This document shows positions 24,091 to 36,500 of a stretch of 64,000 nt of DNA, in pieces. The notes beneath the pieces are model-generated. The model was not told the DNA's origin and ran no database searches. It was given only the letters and a program-made list of their open reading frames with translations. Within the stretch, counting starts at the first letter, position 1. Every line of letters begins with the position of its first letter. Both the position numbers and the translations under genes were made by a program. The stretch comes from Moniliella sp. 'wahieum' (Eukaryota): assembly GCA_003971905.1 (NCBI GenBank), contig RSEE01000051.1:124001-188000 (forward strand), written 5' to 3'.

Positions 24091-26581
24091 ACCATCACTT
24101 TGAGCTTGTTCACAGATGCAGATGGTAGTCGGTGCAGGCACGCTCTGGTGGACGGTGAGGGGGTAGGCTACAGTGTGAGGCGGGTTGAGGCACGCCCCAG
24201 AGCAGGAGAGGTCCCAATCGAGGCAAGCTGAGATGAGATGGTCGCGTATGCAGCTGGTACCAAAATGGCCTTATCTCAACCGTCTCTCATTCCTTCTCCT
24301 CGAATTTGGCACAATGCTAGCGGTGAGCATGCACTGTTGAGGAGAGGCGTCAGATCCATCGCCTGCCCCACGGTGGGCGGCGGATGCGTGCTAGCACCAA
24401 ATGGGGTGCTGGTATGGACGATACTCATCGCGACGAGACTGCCATGCGTGGTTCTAGTGCTCTCTCTGAGGGAGGCACCAGGGGGCAGGCTACATGCCGG
24501 CATTAGAGGGCAGACCAGCTCGGCAATACATTGACTAACTAAGCTTGAGCGCCAGTGGCTCTCTCTGTGCGAAGTACCAGAGTGCAGGCCTTTGGCGTGA
24601 GCACAAGTGTTTCTCTCGACAGTGCTCTGTCTCAGCCCCCGACTAATTTTAGACGCGGGCGTACCCGGCGGCAGTGATCGATGATATGTCTCAGTGAGCG
24701 CTCCGGCCGGCAGTGCGTCTAATTAGGATCAGATGTTTGTCTCAGCCAGCGCACCAGACAGCAGTTGTATGTCTCAGTGCTACAGTTGTCCATCTGAGCG
24801 GTCGCACCGGCATTCTACCAGTTCAACGTTCATTCTCCTCGAGCGCTTACCCCTTCGCCAGATCATCGATCATTCCAACTCTGGGAGCGCCCTCCTGAGT
24901 ATGACGCTGGGAGATCTCAGCGACGTTATCCTCAGCCAAATTGTCGGGAGCGCTTCGGCTGGGGGTTCATCGTGTTGCTCAACAGCGAAAGGATCATGGT
25001 GAGTGTGTTCCCCACCCCGTCCCCCTCCGCCGCTTGGCGCACATTCCCGGAAGCCACGCTGACAGGGACAGCACGAGTGACAACAAGAAAATACTTGCGG
25101 AGCTGAAGATCAAGAATCAGGAGATAGTCGAGGTCCGTGCTGCAGTCTCTCAGGCCACAGGTGTTGGTATTGTTGGTGCAATTGGTTCCCGGTTGCGAAC
25201 ACCCAGCAGTGCAGCAATACATTATGGCTACTATACCAGATAACGAACTGACAACGACCCAGGCAACAGGCGTGAGTGGACCTCTAGCCTCCAAGTTCAT
25301 CACGGGGAGAAGCTGGTGAGCCGGAGACTGTGGCAGCACATGGGCTGCTTGGATGTTTCCGATTGGGGTGGACCGCTGGGCTATGGAGGCATGCGCTTTG
25401 CCGCACCGTTGTTTGTACAAAACCAGAGCAGGCAGTTGATGAAGACTGCATTGCACATGAGCTAAGGACGCTAGAGAATATGCTTTGCCCCCCAGGAAGG
25501 AATATTGGATGGAATATACCGCAAGCCTGATCCGGGAATGGGCTACCCGCACCACAACACACTACACCAGAATGCAGCACCAGACGAGTGCTCTCAAGGC
25601 GCAGTCTAGCAAACAGAGATGGGGAAATGGAGAGCGGTTGGTTCGCTTGTCGGGCCAATAAACAGAATAAAGGTCCAGGGAAGTCGTGAGGCGGACTGAT
25701 GAACCTGGCGGGGAGTAAGGGTTGCGAAGTATTTTTATTCTGGGTTGCAGGTGCTGAAAACGCTAACGCATAGGGTGCAAAGGGGCCACGTCTCTCTCTG
25801 CGAGAAGAACCAGCGGCGCCCGCCCGTGTGACACCGTCAGCCACGCCATTGGTAACCACAAGGCTCACCTCGGCTTTCCTCCGCTTTTGCACGCGCACCC
25901 TTACCTGCGCTTGAATCTCGGTCCCCACGTTTGTTTCTCCCCGTTGCACTCAAGATGATTGAACTACTAAATCCTAGCGTCTCGTCAGCTTACAAGAAGC
26001 GATTATATCTGTGAGACTGTTTTCTTTTCTCACGAGCACAAGCCCTTAACCCCTTGGAAGCTCGTCGCTATAGTGGTGTTATCGGAGAGCATGAGTCAGT
26101 ACTTAGGCCTTACCCCATTGGACGCTGGTTGCGATCCCGGCTGTTGACCTAGGGAGCCGGATGGGCGGAAGGACGAGGAGAAGGCGATGGATTGGAGTTA
26201 GAGGTGGGTCTGAGTACACCGACATCTATGTAGGAGGCTCGACTGGGCACGGGGCCAGTTAGGCTCACAGGCGTGAAGGCAGGCACGGGGACAGTGCCAC
26301 ACGCGGGACAATGTGATCGATCAGACCGATCAAGCCACGCCAGGTGGCGTCCGCGTCACATGTCACATATCACGTGTGACATGTCACATGCCACATGCCA
26401 CCATCCTCCAACAGAAGAAGGACGGACGCCGGCCGCACAACCCAGTTGCGCCACTATCTTGCCTTCAGCGGCGTTTTGGGGCCTCACGTGTTGCGTGTGG
26501 TGGATGCGAGGCTTCCAGGCTGGGGATGGGTTAGTTGAACGTTGAGCGTATATTGACGACTACCGGGAAGTGCAAAAAGAA

Positions 26582-26653
26582 TGCCTCTTGGCCGAATCGA
26601 ACGACCGATCTTCTCATGCGAGCACAAGCTACTAGTGAGATGCTAACCCATTA
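26582..26653 (-). pseudogene. tRNA-Thr(AGT) with 12-nt intron, lacking the 5' acceptor strand
   Basis: TCTCA-CT AGT A-[GCTTGTGCTCGC]-A-TGAGA anticodon arm, GGTCG-TTCGATT-CGGCC T arm, 3' AAGAGGC-A then TTCTTTTT; the complementary 5' GCCTCTT is absent. Confidence 0.8.
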
Positions 26654-27362
26654 TTGAAGGTGTAGAAAACATAGTGTAACCATCCAGGGTGCTGGATGCT
26701 ACTTAGCTGCCTTCACTGTCAACGCTTATGTAACACCCACCCCCTACTAGGCATATGATTGTTACAGTCGGACTCAGGCGAGGTAGACCAGAGTCGAGAC
26801 TCGGGCAAAGAAATGGAGCAAGAACAAAGGACATCGTTGCGAAGCGGAAGAACAGGGGAAAAGTGAGACGCTGAGAGCGAAAGGATTGGAAACGGAAGCG
26901 AGATCAGCCAAACTATCTATGACATCTGAGGTGTTCTTGCATTCGCTCAATTCAATTCGTTTGCCCACATGCCTCTCTTGAGCTTCTCTTCTGCTCGCCG
27001 CGTCTGGAGGTTTGGACAGAGAAGCTAAACATGCGTATACTCACTCTAGCCCCACATTCGGGACCCCACACATTGGAACTGTGCCACCAAGGACAGCGAA
27101 CAGCTACGATCATATCGCTGAAATGCGCCGGCGGCGAGACAGGATGCAAGAGCAAAGACAGGAGGGAAAATGCATAGAGACGAGATCGAAAGAGAAGGAA
27201 CGTTTGAAAGGGAAAAATAGAAAGGAAAGATGCACGATGGGTGCGAGTCGGGGGGAGGGGGGGGGGGTCCAACACCAGTTGCGTATCAGTAGCTACAGTG
27301 GCGGGGGTCTCTTCATCCTCAGGACGAGGGCACAGGGAGCTAAACTGCCTCAATTGGGCGGT

Positions 27363-30300
27363 TCACCATCCTGAAGAAGAAGCTGCACCCGCCTCCGCCA
27401 CATCCTGTGCCAACGCCAAATCGGGCAGACCCAGCTCACGGTCCTCCCGATCGCGTGCCGCTCCACATTCTCCGCCTCGTCCATCAAGTCTTGCTCCACA
27501 TCCACGCGTTCGTCCAGCACATGATCCTCGTCACCATCGTCAGCGCATCGTGGAACGCGACCGCCAGTCCACCCCCGTCCACTTCCTCCTCAGCCGCTAC
27601 ATCATCGTTGACGGGACCGAGAGGCGAGCCAGCGTGGCACAGGCGCCGCACTCTGATTCGAGGTGGCAGATATGGTTGGCGCCAGACCCGGTGGCCCCGG
27701 ATACCGTGGCAAGTCTTCCCCCTCATCTGCCAAGCGAGATCCATCTTCCCGGAAAAGTTGTGGATACGCGGGTAGGATGGGTACCATTGGCGCCTCCCTC
27801 TCGGTCGGACCTGATCCGGGCGGGGGTGAGGGCGAAAGATGGTGCGGGAGCAAAGGGGGTTCGAAATGCTTCCGCAGCCCGGTGGGCAACGGGTCGGTAA
27901 ACGAATCGGGACCGATGCGACCAAGGACTGGCTCCACTCGGGCGGCCCAGTGCGCCCTTGTCCTTCGCTGGGGGAAAGCCAAAATACCAACTTGACCGAC
28001 AACTTGTGTCGTACTCGCGCAAACGGACCCTCAAAGTCCGCCATCAACAACGGTGTTTTCCACAATGTCTGGATGGATGGCTTGGGGGTTGATGCGTCGT
28101 GCCATGGCCAAATTTTCCGCCTCCTGCACCGATTCGCGCGAAGCAATCAGAGGCAAACTGATCCCCATTCGCATCCGGCCTATCGCCACATCCACCCATG
28201 CCCATCCTCCCCGCCAAAGATATAAATAGCCCGCGGCACATCGTGCGATCGCGACCGCCCATTCGGCTTAGAGCCCGTGGCTGAGGACTTCGACGTCGAC
28301 CCTAGGCCCGAGCCAGAACCTAGGCTGGCCCCAGAGGCGGTACCACTGCGTGTGTCAGCCCAGATCAACGTGCTGGACCCAGGAGAAGGACCCGCTTCTG
28401 CCTCTATTGCACTGGGGGATACAGCATGCAGAGGATTCAACCGATTCCACACACTCTTGGGCCGAGAGCGACCAGGAGAGGTGCTGCCGGTAGATCCAGC
28501 CGCGGGAGGTGTCAGCGAGTTCTCCCCTGCTGAGCGAGGAACAGTGGGGGTAGAGGCAGAGTTCGGATCGCCCCTCCGAGGGTGCGGGGTGGAGAACGAC
28601 GACGTCCAAAGCTGGTGCCAAACAGGGTACTGCGACGGTTGGGCCGTTCGCTGGTCTTAGAGCTGAACGCAGCAGGTGCAACGGGCACATCGAGCAGGGG
28701 CACGGTGGAAGATACACCGTAGGAGGTAGAGCGAGACGAGATGTTAGCTCCCGAAGCACTCGCGGCTCCTGCAGTACCTGAAATAGGCGAAGCATGGGCC
28801 CCCATCGCCGCCGGCAAGGGCATACTCGCTGACCGATCCTTAGCCGGCACCGGGGGCGGGCGGTTCGTTCCCGTCGCGGTGACAGGGTCGGTGCGGCGTC
28901 GGTGATCTTCGGAGCGCGTCGTGGAGGGTGGGCCAATAACAAAGGAGCGGGTGATGTTGGCATTTTCTTGCAGGCGCCGCTGGTTCGTTCCCGAGTTTTG
29001 CTCCGCCACAGCACGCGTCACAACTTCGTTGGAAAAGCCTTTGTGGAGGAGGCGGTCATATAAGTTTGGCTCTACGCCATTAGAGGGCCGGGCGTGTGTT
29101 TCTGTCTCGGCGCGCTCCAAGTCCGCCACTGGCATTTCCCCCACACTCAGGTCTGAGTGGGGCGGGAGGGGAAAATTAAAGCAAAACGTGCGCGAGGGCA
29201 AATTCCTAGTAGAGCAAACGGCATCACTAGTCAGTTCACCACACCACTCGCACAAGAATAAAGGGAGAAAAAACGGTACATACGTATGCCGTTCCGATTG
29301 GACACAGGTAATGTCCATCCGTCTTAGACGCAGCCCGCCCCGGGCCCGCGCCTTGTGCCACACCTCCGACCCGCGCTGCTGCCGATTCACATCGACCTGG
29401 ACAACAAACTGGAGTGGGTTGGCGCGGTGCCATCCTGGGTTTCTCCCGTCCGGGCGGGTTTGTAGGTATTGACGTGCGTTGGCACGGATACAGTAAGAGT
29501 GAATGGTAACGATGCCGTAAGTCCAGGCGGTGGGGGCAACCCGGTGGCAGGATCGATTGCTGTTGGATCCAATACTTCCCGTGGTGGCTTGAGCACGGGA
29601 CGGTGCAAAAAGTGCCGCATGGGCACCCCATCGGGAGAAGAGGAAGAAGTACCTGCCCCTCCCATTCCTGCCGCCCGGGCAGAGCGGGATCCCCCATTGC
29701 GGCCTGGGTGGGGGGCCGATCCAGTTGGTCTATGTGCCGGAACCTCGGGTGCAGCTGAGAAAGACTCTCGCTGTTTGTCATTGGATGGCACGGGTTGGGC
29801 CAGAAGCGCACTCAAGTCCCCAGTAGGTGGGGATGGTGCAGGTGGTGGCACTTCGGGAACTGAGGTGGTTTGGGCCTGGGCAGACAGTTGGGCTAGAGGG
29901 ACATCATCATCCAGGTCCTCGGGAGAAGGGCCGGAGGCAGCGGGACTAGGGCTGCCCTGGGGCGACATGGAAGGAGACCCAACGGGCGTAACAAATGGAC
30001 CAGTCTGTGGCGAGCTGGACGGAGGAGCGAGGTGCGTCGGGGTGGGAAATGCAGTGACTGGTGTAATGGGTGTGATAGGCGTGAAAGGCATAGCGGACGG
30101 AACAATAGAGGAGGCAGTCGGATCCACGCTTTCGTCTTCAACTGGGACGTGGGGCATGGCATGGCTGGCTTCGTGTCCTACCTCCCCTGCTTCCTCTTCC
30201 TCCGATGGCAAGGGTGGCAGGGGCGATTCGGTCCGAACCAAGGTCGCATCCGCCTCCTCATCCACCATCTGTTGACCTGGGACCAAAGGGGGCGGATCCA

Positions 30301-32999
30301 TGGGGATCGCTCCAATGTCCGCATGGGCCAAACGGGCAACTGGGACAGGTAAAATTTCCCGTGAACGGCGAACTAAGATGACCTGGGTGCAAGCGCGAGA
30401 ACGGACCACCGTGCCCAGTGCGAGAGGAGTCAAGCCAGAGGAGGGGAACTCGATTGTATCATTCACCCGGACAGGCCCTGCGTGGGGCGAAGGGGGGAGC
30501 GGTGGACGTATGGACTCGGACGGTGCAGGGATTTCAAGCGGGGTCAGAACGGGTCCATGCGGGTGTGTGTTCGATGGCAGCATGTGGCCAAGAGGTACAT
30601 CATCGCCGACATGGAGGAGAGAGGAAGATGCTGGGGCCGGCCGGCGTGCCCAACTGCCAGCCCCCGTGGCGCCGATGGTGGCAGGAGCGGCCAACGCGCC
30701 CTCCCTCCCAGTCAAAAGATCGGAAACAGAGCCATGCGCTCGACCCAGATTGCCCAAATGGCTCGGCGTGGAAGGAATGTGAAAATCGGGAGAGGATCGC
30801 TTCCCTCCCTGTGGTGGGTGTATGGCAAGCGACGTTGTGATTGAGAAGCAGCAATCATCATACTAGATGACAATGGCTCGACCGAACCGAGACCATGCGG
30901 TGGGAAAACGGATTTACGCCGAGCTAGACGGGATCCAGTTGGCCGGCTTCTTCCCTTGTGGGGGACATGCCATCTTTTGAATCCGCGAGCCCGAGTGCAG
31001 GGTGGGATCGGGAGCCGGTAGCAGTCAAGAACGGAGCCCCATTGGGTGCGCTCAGGAATGCTGCGGGGGACAAGGAGCTGTGTGGAGCCTGAGGAGAGGA
31101 TTCGGTAGGAAGGGGCGGATTGACGAGTACAGGGGTAGAATGCGTGCACAGGCGAGGTTTGGCTGGGGGTCACTTTAGGTGATCCCGTTCGATGGTACGG
31201 GGACAAGAGCGAATCCGCCGGAGCAGAGCCAATCCCTGATACCAAAGATGAATGGGAAGGGAGGGGGCGGCCAGGTCCACTCGATAAATGAGCTGAGGAC
31301 GTTTGGATCATTTTAGGGGCGGGTGGGACCGAGTCAGAGTGATTGGAAAAGGTGTACTGAACGACCGCGTCGAGGGCGTAAAAAGTGGCTCCAAACGCTG
31401 TGCGGTAGCTCTGGGGCAACGCCCCAGGCACTGACAGATCAAACTCAATTTCGTATGCCGACGCTCCATCGCCCTCGGAAGGTTCGTTGTTGAACTGGGA
31501 CTTGGTAGCGCCAGTGCCACAGGTGATGAGAGTAGCTCCTCGTCATTGTCAGCCAGTTTGAGTCCACCAAATCGGCCAACCAAATCGTAGTAGCACGAAT
31601 ACCCGGCGAATGAGACCCGAATGGACTGAATGTGGATGTACTTCCCTGGAGGTTTGCCTGGCTCGGCTGCATGCGATGGAGAGGAAGTTGGTGAAGGGGG
31701 AAGGGAGCTATACTCAGGAGTTTGAGGGGTACCAGGATGGAAACGCTGTGTGGTATCCTCCTCTGTCCCGAGAGGTGCCCGAGGGAGACGGATAACAATG
31801 TGTCCACCGAGTGAGTAGCGCACCGTCGTTGCAGTAGGACCAAACATGACCAAAGTGTCGGTGAGAGGCCGTAGCTCGACGGTCACTCCACCCGGTCCCG
31901 ATGTAGGCACGTCCATCCGAGGCGTCGCGTCCAGTTGGGATGAAAGCACGTCGGGGGGTAGAAGTCCCATTTGTTCAAACTCTCCCCGGGATGGACAAGT
32001 GCCCCGCTCGACCGAGGCCGCGTCGTCCAGAGCAACAGATGTGGACGCCGACAGAAATGGCAGGTCTTCCGGAGGCTCACGTAGCTGGGGCGTGGTCTCG
32101 GTCCCCACTGTTTCCGTTACTTCACGTCCATTGGCGCGCTCCTGCCCTGGCTCTTGGAAATGCGACAACAGAGAGGATGAGGAGGGCAACGCTGGTGGCT
32201 CCGCGGGATCCGGGATCGAAGAATCAAGGGCAGCAGGGTTTGCCGCTGGTGGCATCTCCGTCAAAGGGGTGACGGCCAGAGGGGAAGAAGAAACAACAGC
32301 AGAGTCACCCTCTCGCTCTGAATCGGGCGCGGGCGGCGTGGAGAGAAAGCGGGAAGGAATGCCAAAGTCGAAGGGTTGAAACGCAGGAAATTCCATGGCT
32401 GGCGAGGCCCCGTTCGAGGAGAAGGGATGGGGACGTTGAGCTGGGGGATGACTGGGTGTGAAGTGGAGGTGGGAATCAAAAGAGGGGTGGCAGCAGGCGC
32501 AGGGGCTGCTGCTAGACTTGCCGCTGAAGGTACAGCGGGAATTCGAGCGGAAGAGCTGCAGAGGCGGCTACTGAAGCAGGAGCTGCCGCTCGAGCGGGGC
32601 CGGGGCATGGGTTGGAGATAAAGGTGGGACAGGGGGAGCTGTATGAGAGGCAGGACGAGATAGATGAGAGGCAGTCTGGGTGGGCCGGCGGCGAAGGATG
32701 GACTTGAACTTGGCGCCGAGGCTGTCGCTGGATGGGCTGTGGCTGGGCACGGGATCTGGGAACGAAGAAAGAGAGGTGGGGACAGGGACGGGGGCTGTGC
32801 TGCCGGAGGCGAAGGCAGGGAAGTGGGAGGCTGGTGCTGGGTGGGGGTTGGATGCGTTAGGCAGACGCGTGGGAGAGAGGGATGAAGGCGAGGGCGGAGC
32901 AGGGCCTGGATCGGGGACGAGGGAGTGGGAGTGCATGCGGCGGCGGGTGGGCCGGGGCGTAGCAAGGCCCACGTCTGTGTGTGGGCGTGCAGTGGCCAT
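27363..32999 (-). CDS. Large Pro/Ser-rich protein with dispersed arrestin-like beta strands
   Basis: YSLGGHIVIRLP, IHIQSIRVSFAGY, YEIEFDLSVPGALPQSYRTAFGATFYAL, FTLTVSVP, ADFEGPFARVRHKLSVKLVF, separated by low-complexity blocks; boundaries approximate. Confidence 0.6.
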
Positions 33000-33577
33000 G
33001 GCGGGCACGGCGAGAGGGATGGTGGTGGCGGCAGCGGCGGCGGTGGCAGCGGAAGAGGCGGGTGCGCTGGATGCGGGGCCCGGCGTGAGCGCCACGTCAG
33101 ACACCAGGAGTGGCGGCGGCAGATGCGCCGCCAGCGCGAACTGTGTATCTTGTTTCGGCCCCAGAGCAGAGCCGCCTGCTGCGGCGCTCGCCGGGCCGCA
33201 TTCGTTAATCAAGACCAACACCAGTGGCCACGTGATCGTCTTTCAATTCTTCGTTCGCATGCCCCCCGTCCCACGCGCCACGCCAAACCAAACTAGCCCA
33301 CGCGCATCGCACGGCCTCGTCCTCCTACTCTGCGGCTCATCACGCTCATCTCCATCCAGAACAGGCCGCCCGGAGGCTCACATCCTCAGCTCGTCCCCCC
33401 AGATCGCCATCGTCGTGGCAAATGTGTTCATTACAAGTGGAGAGCAGCTCCCATGGAAGAAGCTCCAAGGACAGCACGAGGGGGTGAATATTATTGAACG
33501 GTGGGAATGCCAGCAAAGGAACAACTGCAAAAAACCAACGCCCAACAACCGGCTCCTCAAACCGCAGATGTCAGATG

Positions 33578-36500
33578 TCAGAAGCCAAAGGAGGAAAAAT
33601 CAAATGCTTGGCTCGCTTGCGATTGCGCATCGGTGGCCGTTGCTGCATTAGGTTGGCCAAACCTTGGGGTTGGCAGGTTCCCCGTCGGCTTGGGCTTGGA
33701 CTCGGACTCAGGCTCCGGCTCCGGCTCGGTAGGGGGTGTGGAGGCGTGGTCGGCATTGGATTCGGCAGCAAGCGGGATCGGTTCCTTGTCCGAGCCGTTG
33801 GCCTGGCGCAGCGGTGGTGCGGCCGGAGGGGGGGCAAGGAACGAATCGACATGTTGGGCCCATCGGATATTGGGTCGCCCGTGGCGGTAGAAACGGGCAG
33901 TGGGGACGACGATCCGTGCCGGCCGACCCCAAGAGAGCAATGCCAGGTTGGCGCGGTGCGGCGGGACGGGGCACCAAGTCTCTGCACTTGCACTTCGTCC
34001 TTGGCGTCGTACAGCTGATCCGTTTGCTTGACAGGCGTGGGCGCAGGCAGACAGGTGGAAGTTCCAGTCATGCAACAGGGAGAGCCCGAGCATGTCGCAT
34101 CCTACCGGGAATGCGCCAGTCAGCAACATGACACAACACACACAACTGAAGCAAAAAAAAAACATACCCAATCGCTGAAGCACGTTGGCGTGGTAGATCA
34201 AAAAGTTCGCTGCGCCTTGAGATCCCCTGGACCAGGGGGGTTCCGGGCCAGCAATTCAGCCTGAGTCTGAGGAGCACCCACATGCTCGGTCAAGGAAGGC
34301 GGGGCACGCCATTCAGCCGGAGCCCAGTCGCACCCATCCTGCTCGGGTGTAAAACCAGCCTGCTCCGTCGCCTTGCCTACTTCGCCGCCCAGGGCGGTCC
34401 AAGGTGCCACCAAGGCTTGGTTCGCCAACGGATGCACGAGCAGGGTCAACGCATACAGAGCATCCACCGATCTTTCCGCTCCACCGACAAGGGAACCACC
34501 CGCGTCCACAGAAGCCAAGTCAAGACGGGCCCAGGTCGAGCAACCGAATTGGACACCTGACGGGCATTGGGATCGTCTCCACTGGATTCGGCCACACGAC
34601 AAAGTGCGAGTGCAAGGTGAAGATCCCTGAGTTGGCGGATACACACGTTCACCGCATCTTTCAGATCGCCGCCAACATAAAAAACGATGCTGCAAACAGG
34701 AACCGGCGCTGGGATAGAACATACGCATTCTTTGCCGCCGCCGCCCTCCATCGGGGCAGGGAAAAATCCTTGGATAAGAAGGTGATCATCTTGGTCTGTT
34801 CAGGATGCCAGGACGCTTGCCTCCACAATTTGAGCACTTTCTTCTCTTGCCCCGCCCCCAGGGCAAAGTAGAACAGCGAACATCCCACCGGGTCACGGGA
34901 AGGACCCACTGGCGCTCCCTTGGCCACTCCAATGGTCGGACGAAGGAACTCACATCGTGCCACCGATTCCGCCAACTGACGCAGGTGCGTGCCTGGGTGC
35001 AGCCAAAGGAACACCCCAGTATCCTTGGCCATCGACCATGACATTGACGTGCCGCATACCAAGTTGACAGCCGCCAACAACGGTTCCTGTACCTTGGACT
35101 GGTACGCCGCCACCGCCTCACGGAAGCAGAGCGGAGCCCGAACGCCCCCTCGCCCGCTGGGGCACGAGAAGTGTAGAGGCATCCGAGGAAGCGCAGACCA
35201 GCTGGGTCCACCGATCGCTCCACCATACCAACATCCACCACCGCTTGGCCCAGTAAAGAAAGCGTAGTTTGTTCTTGCGACGAAAGGCCCAAGTGAGGCG
35301 AAGGCAGCACTTTCTCAAGCTCAGTAGCCATAGTTTGAGTCCAAACGTCAGACGAGGCCGAATTGGGTCCCGACGAGGGCAACACGGGGCAAACAAGGCG
35401 TGAGCGGCTGTTTGGCGGGTGGCCGATGAAGGAGGATGGCGTGGCTGCCAAAAGGAGCTCAGAGGCAGATCCGGGATCTCAATCGCGGCAGAGCCTGAGG
35501 CAGTGCGCAACGCGTAGCAACGCGCCCAACGCAGTGCGCGCAATGTCGACCCGACCCTGAACCAGAGCAGAAGCAAGAAAGGCAGGATGATAGACAGGCC
35601 GTGGGCCGGCACGTTCTGCGACGGCTACAGTGACTGGCACAGGAACTCGTCGGCTTGGCGAATCGGATTGAAGTAGTGGGGCGTACACGCGCAACGTGCT
35701 GGCACCCGCTATCAGCAGCGCATCGCCCGACCATGCCGCCGCACCAATGCGTGCCGTCCAACCCGAACAGTCGACCTGCGCAAGGACTGACCAGGAACCG
35801 GCCCGGGTCGGACCCCATACCTGCACCCTGTTTTCAACGGGCACCGAGAGCAAACACCCATCTTGACTCCATCTCGGTGCGCCAATCGCGGTGGAAGAGA
35901 GGGACCAGGTCTCCATCCCGTCCTCGAGCTGCTGCGTCTTGGAGTCCCAGACACCCCAAGCGTGCCCGCTGGCCGAGGAGACGGAGAAAGCGAGCTTGTG
36001 CGATGCTGAGGTGCAATTGAGCGTCGCCTCGGCCATCCTGCCTCATCCGAGTTGGCGGGAGGAAGCAGTGTACACTGCGACCGAAGTGCCCACCTCTGCC
36101 GAGGAGAGTGGGAGCCAACACCCACGACGAGACAACCGTGGAGGTAGATGTCTCCCTGCTACGTTGCAAAGTGCATAGAAAACGAAATGGGTGCTGGTGG
36201 ACACCACCGCTGCAGCCAAAAGTCCCGCCAGTGCAGATCCAGGTAGGGGGGGCAAGGTCACTGTAGTGTCGAGAGCAGGGCAGGCCTCCTTCCCTTGAAG
36301 ATTCAGCGACTGGACCGATCCATCCTCCAATACCAGTAATACCGACTCGCCCTCCCACAAGCACGCTGTCAAGACAGGGGCAGGGAGAGTAATCGGGGGC
36401 CATGGTACCCGAAGGAAGCACCACATGTACCGCAGCTTCGTCGGGTGACGTGAGAAGCGTAATACTCCCCAGGGCCAGTGCGTGGGTCAAGTTCGAAGCA

